41,246 nucleotides of DNA. It comes from Candidatus Bathyarchaeota archaeon. GTDB lineage: Archaea; Thermoproteota; Bathyarchaeia; Bathyarchaeales; Bathycorpusculaceae. Location of the stretch: NCBI GenBank assembly GCA_963827165.1, contig CAWGZR010000014.1:1-41246 (forward strand), written 5' to 3'. The position numbers were made by a program, and so were the translations under genes. Each line of letters starts with the position of its first letter. Within the stretch, counting starts at the first letter, position 1. This document shows, one piece after another, positions 40,252 to 41,246 of the stretch. The notes beneath the pieces were generated by a model that was given only the letters and a program-made list of their open reading frames with translations, did not search any database and had not been told where the DNA came from.

Positions 40252-41223
40252 CTATGTTGTTCTAATTGACGCGCCCTTGTTGTTGGCTCCCGACCAAAAC
40301 ACTTGGCCGCCCGATTTTTTCTTTAGGAAACCTTGCACTTCTAACGAAAGCTCTTCCGCTTGCCGTTTGCCTTCCACGAGTCCGTAGACAGTTGGTCCCC
40401 ATGAGCTTTGACCAGCCCCAAAGACGCCTCTGTTCAGCATGAACTTGATGCATTCGCTCGATGGCGAACTGGAGAATCTTCCGCCTTGAGCCGAGGCAAA
40501 GTAGTCGCCGACCAAATTTTGTATCTGGGTCAATGCGCTTCCGAAAGTCCCTATGTCTTTCTCCACCAGCGCCGGCAGAAGCGACATCAATATCGACCGA
40601 CTTATTCGTCCAGCCTGTTGCGGAGACATCGGCGGCAAATCTCTAAACGCGTGTGCCTCTGCCTCGCCTGATAAACCGCCCTTAACAGCCGGAATCACCA
40701 CAACAAAAAACCAGTCAGCAGGAAAAGAGGACCGAAAAACCACCGGAGGAAAACCATCCCACGAAGCCATCGCCCTGCCGTTTTGGCTTCTAACGCCCCC
40801 TTCAACAACCAAGCCCCCTTTATCAAAAAGCGCTGTCCCAACGCCAGAAACTCCCCCTCGTCCCATGGCTTTTGAAAGCTCCTTCGTAGAGGCTTCTACC
40901 TTGAACAGTTTTGCAAGAGCAGCGGCAGTCGCTAAGGCAAGCTGGGTTCCTGAGCCTAAACCCACATGCTGGGGAATCGTCTCTTTGACGGCTACGGCGA
41001 CCTCGCGCTTTAGATTGTATTTTTTGAGGAAAAGATCAACCAGAGGCTTCACCAACTCGCTTCTTTCGCCCTCCAATGTGAAGCGTTCCGAGTTTTGAGC
41101 TTCGACAATCGCGTTCGGCTGGTCTAATGCGACGCCGATGCCTCCAAAGAGTCTTCCTAAGTCACCTCCTAAATCAATGAGCCCTAAATGAAGCCTAGCA
41201 CAAGCCTTAACGTAAACCCTCAT
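40252..41223 (-). CDS. mptG: beta-ribofuranosylaminobenzene 5'-phosphate synthase (canonical motifs)
   Basis: ARLHLGLIDL.G...R.FGGIG, HVGLGSGTQLAL, GRG..SG.G...F..GG.VVEGG, GQSSWGPTVY, ANNKGA. Confidence 0.85.
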   Translation of the reverse strand: MRVYVKACARLHLGLIDLGGDLGRLFGGIGVALDQPNAIVEAQNSERFTLEGERSELVKPLVDLFLKKYNLKREVAVAVKETIPQHVGLGSGTQLALATAAALAKLFKVEASTKELSKAMGRGGVSGVGTALFDKGGLVVEGGVRSQNGRAMASWDGFPPVVFRSSFPADWFFVVVIPAVKGGLSGEAEAHAFRDLPPMSPQQAGRISRSILMSLLPALVEKDIGTFGSALTQIQNLVGDYFASAQGGRFSSSPSSECIKFMLNRGVFGAGQSSWGPTVYGLVEGKRQAEELSLEVQGFLKKKSGGQVFWSGANNKGASIRTT

Positions 41224-41246
41224 GACTAACGCCTGACCACCCTCAA

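Overview
The window has two parts. Bases ~1-4806 are a visibly GC-richer, bacterial-looking segment with four genes (Zn-dependent alcohol dehydrogenase, aldo/keto reductase, MscS, SulP), each broken by several frameshifts. It joins mid-gene to a clean archaeal segment (~4807-41246), probably an assembly or read chimera. The archaeal part looks like TACK archaea, most likely Bathyarchaeia (inference). It carries housekeeping genes: rps12-rps7, pheS-pheT, glyS, endA, ssb, rimI, malic enzyme, an ESCRT-III/CdvB paralog and an ABC exporter. It also carries a dispersed set of methanopterin-type C1-carrier genes: mch, a citG-like gene, queD, a FolE2/MptA GTP cyclohydrolase, mptE, two beta-RFAP synthase paralogs and a DUF1464-like gene. 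The main observations are: (1) citG next to three paralogous Pol-beta-type nucleotidyltransferases, a candidate CitG/CitX-like module for finishing the pterin side chain; (2) three copies of a non-coding element made of a 10-bp-period tandem array plus a gap-free 57-bp conserved core; (3) a divergent RFAP-synthase paralog coupled to the DUF1464-like gene; (4) a ~70-nt hairpin ncRNA candidate with its own promoter-like and terminator-like signals upstream of pheS; (5) several microproteins missing from the ORF track. All family calls are from motif recognition by eye; no database searches were run.
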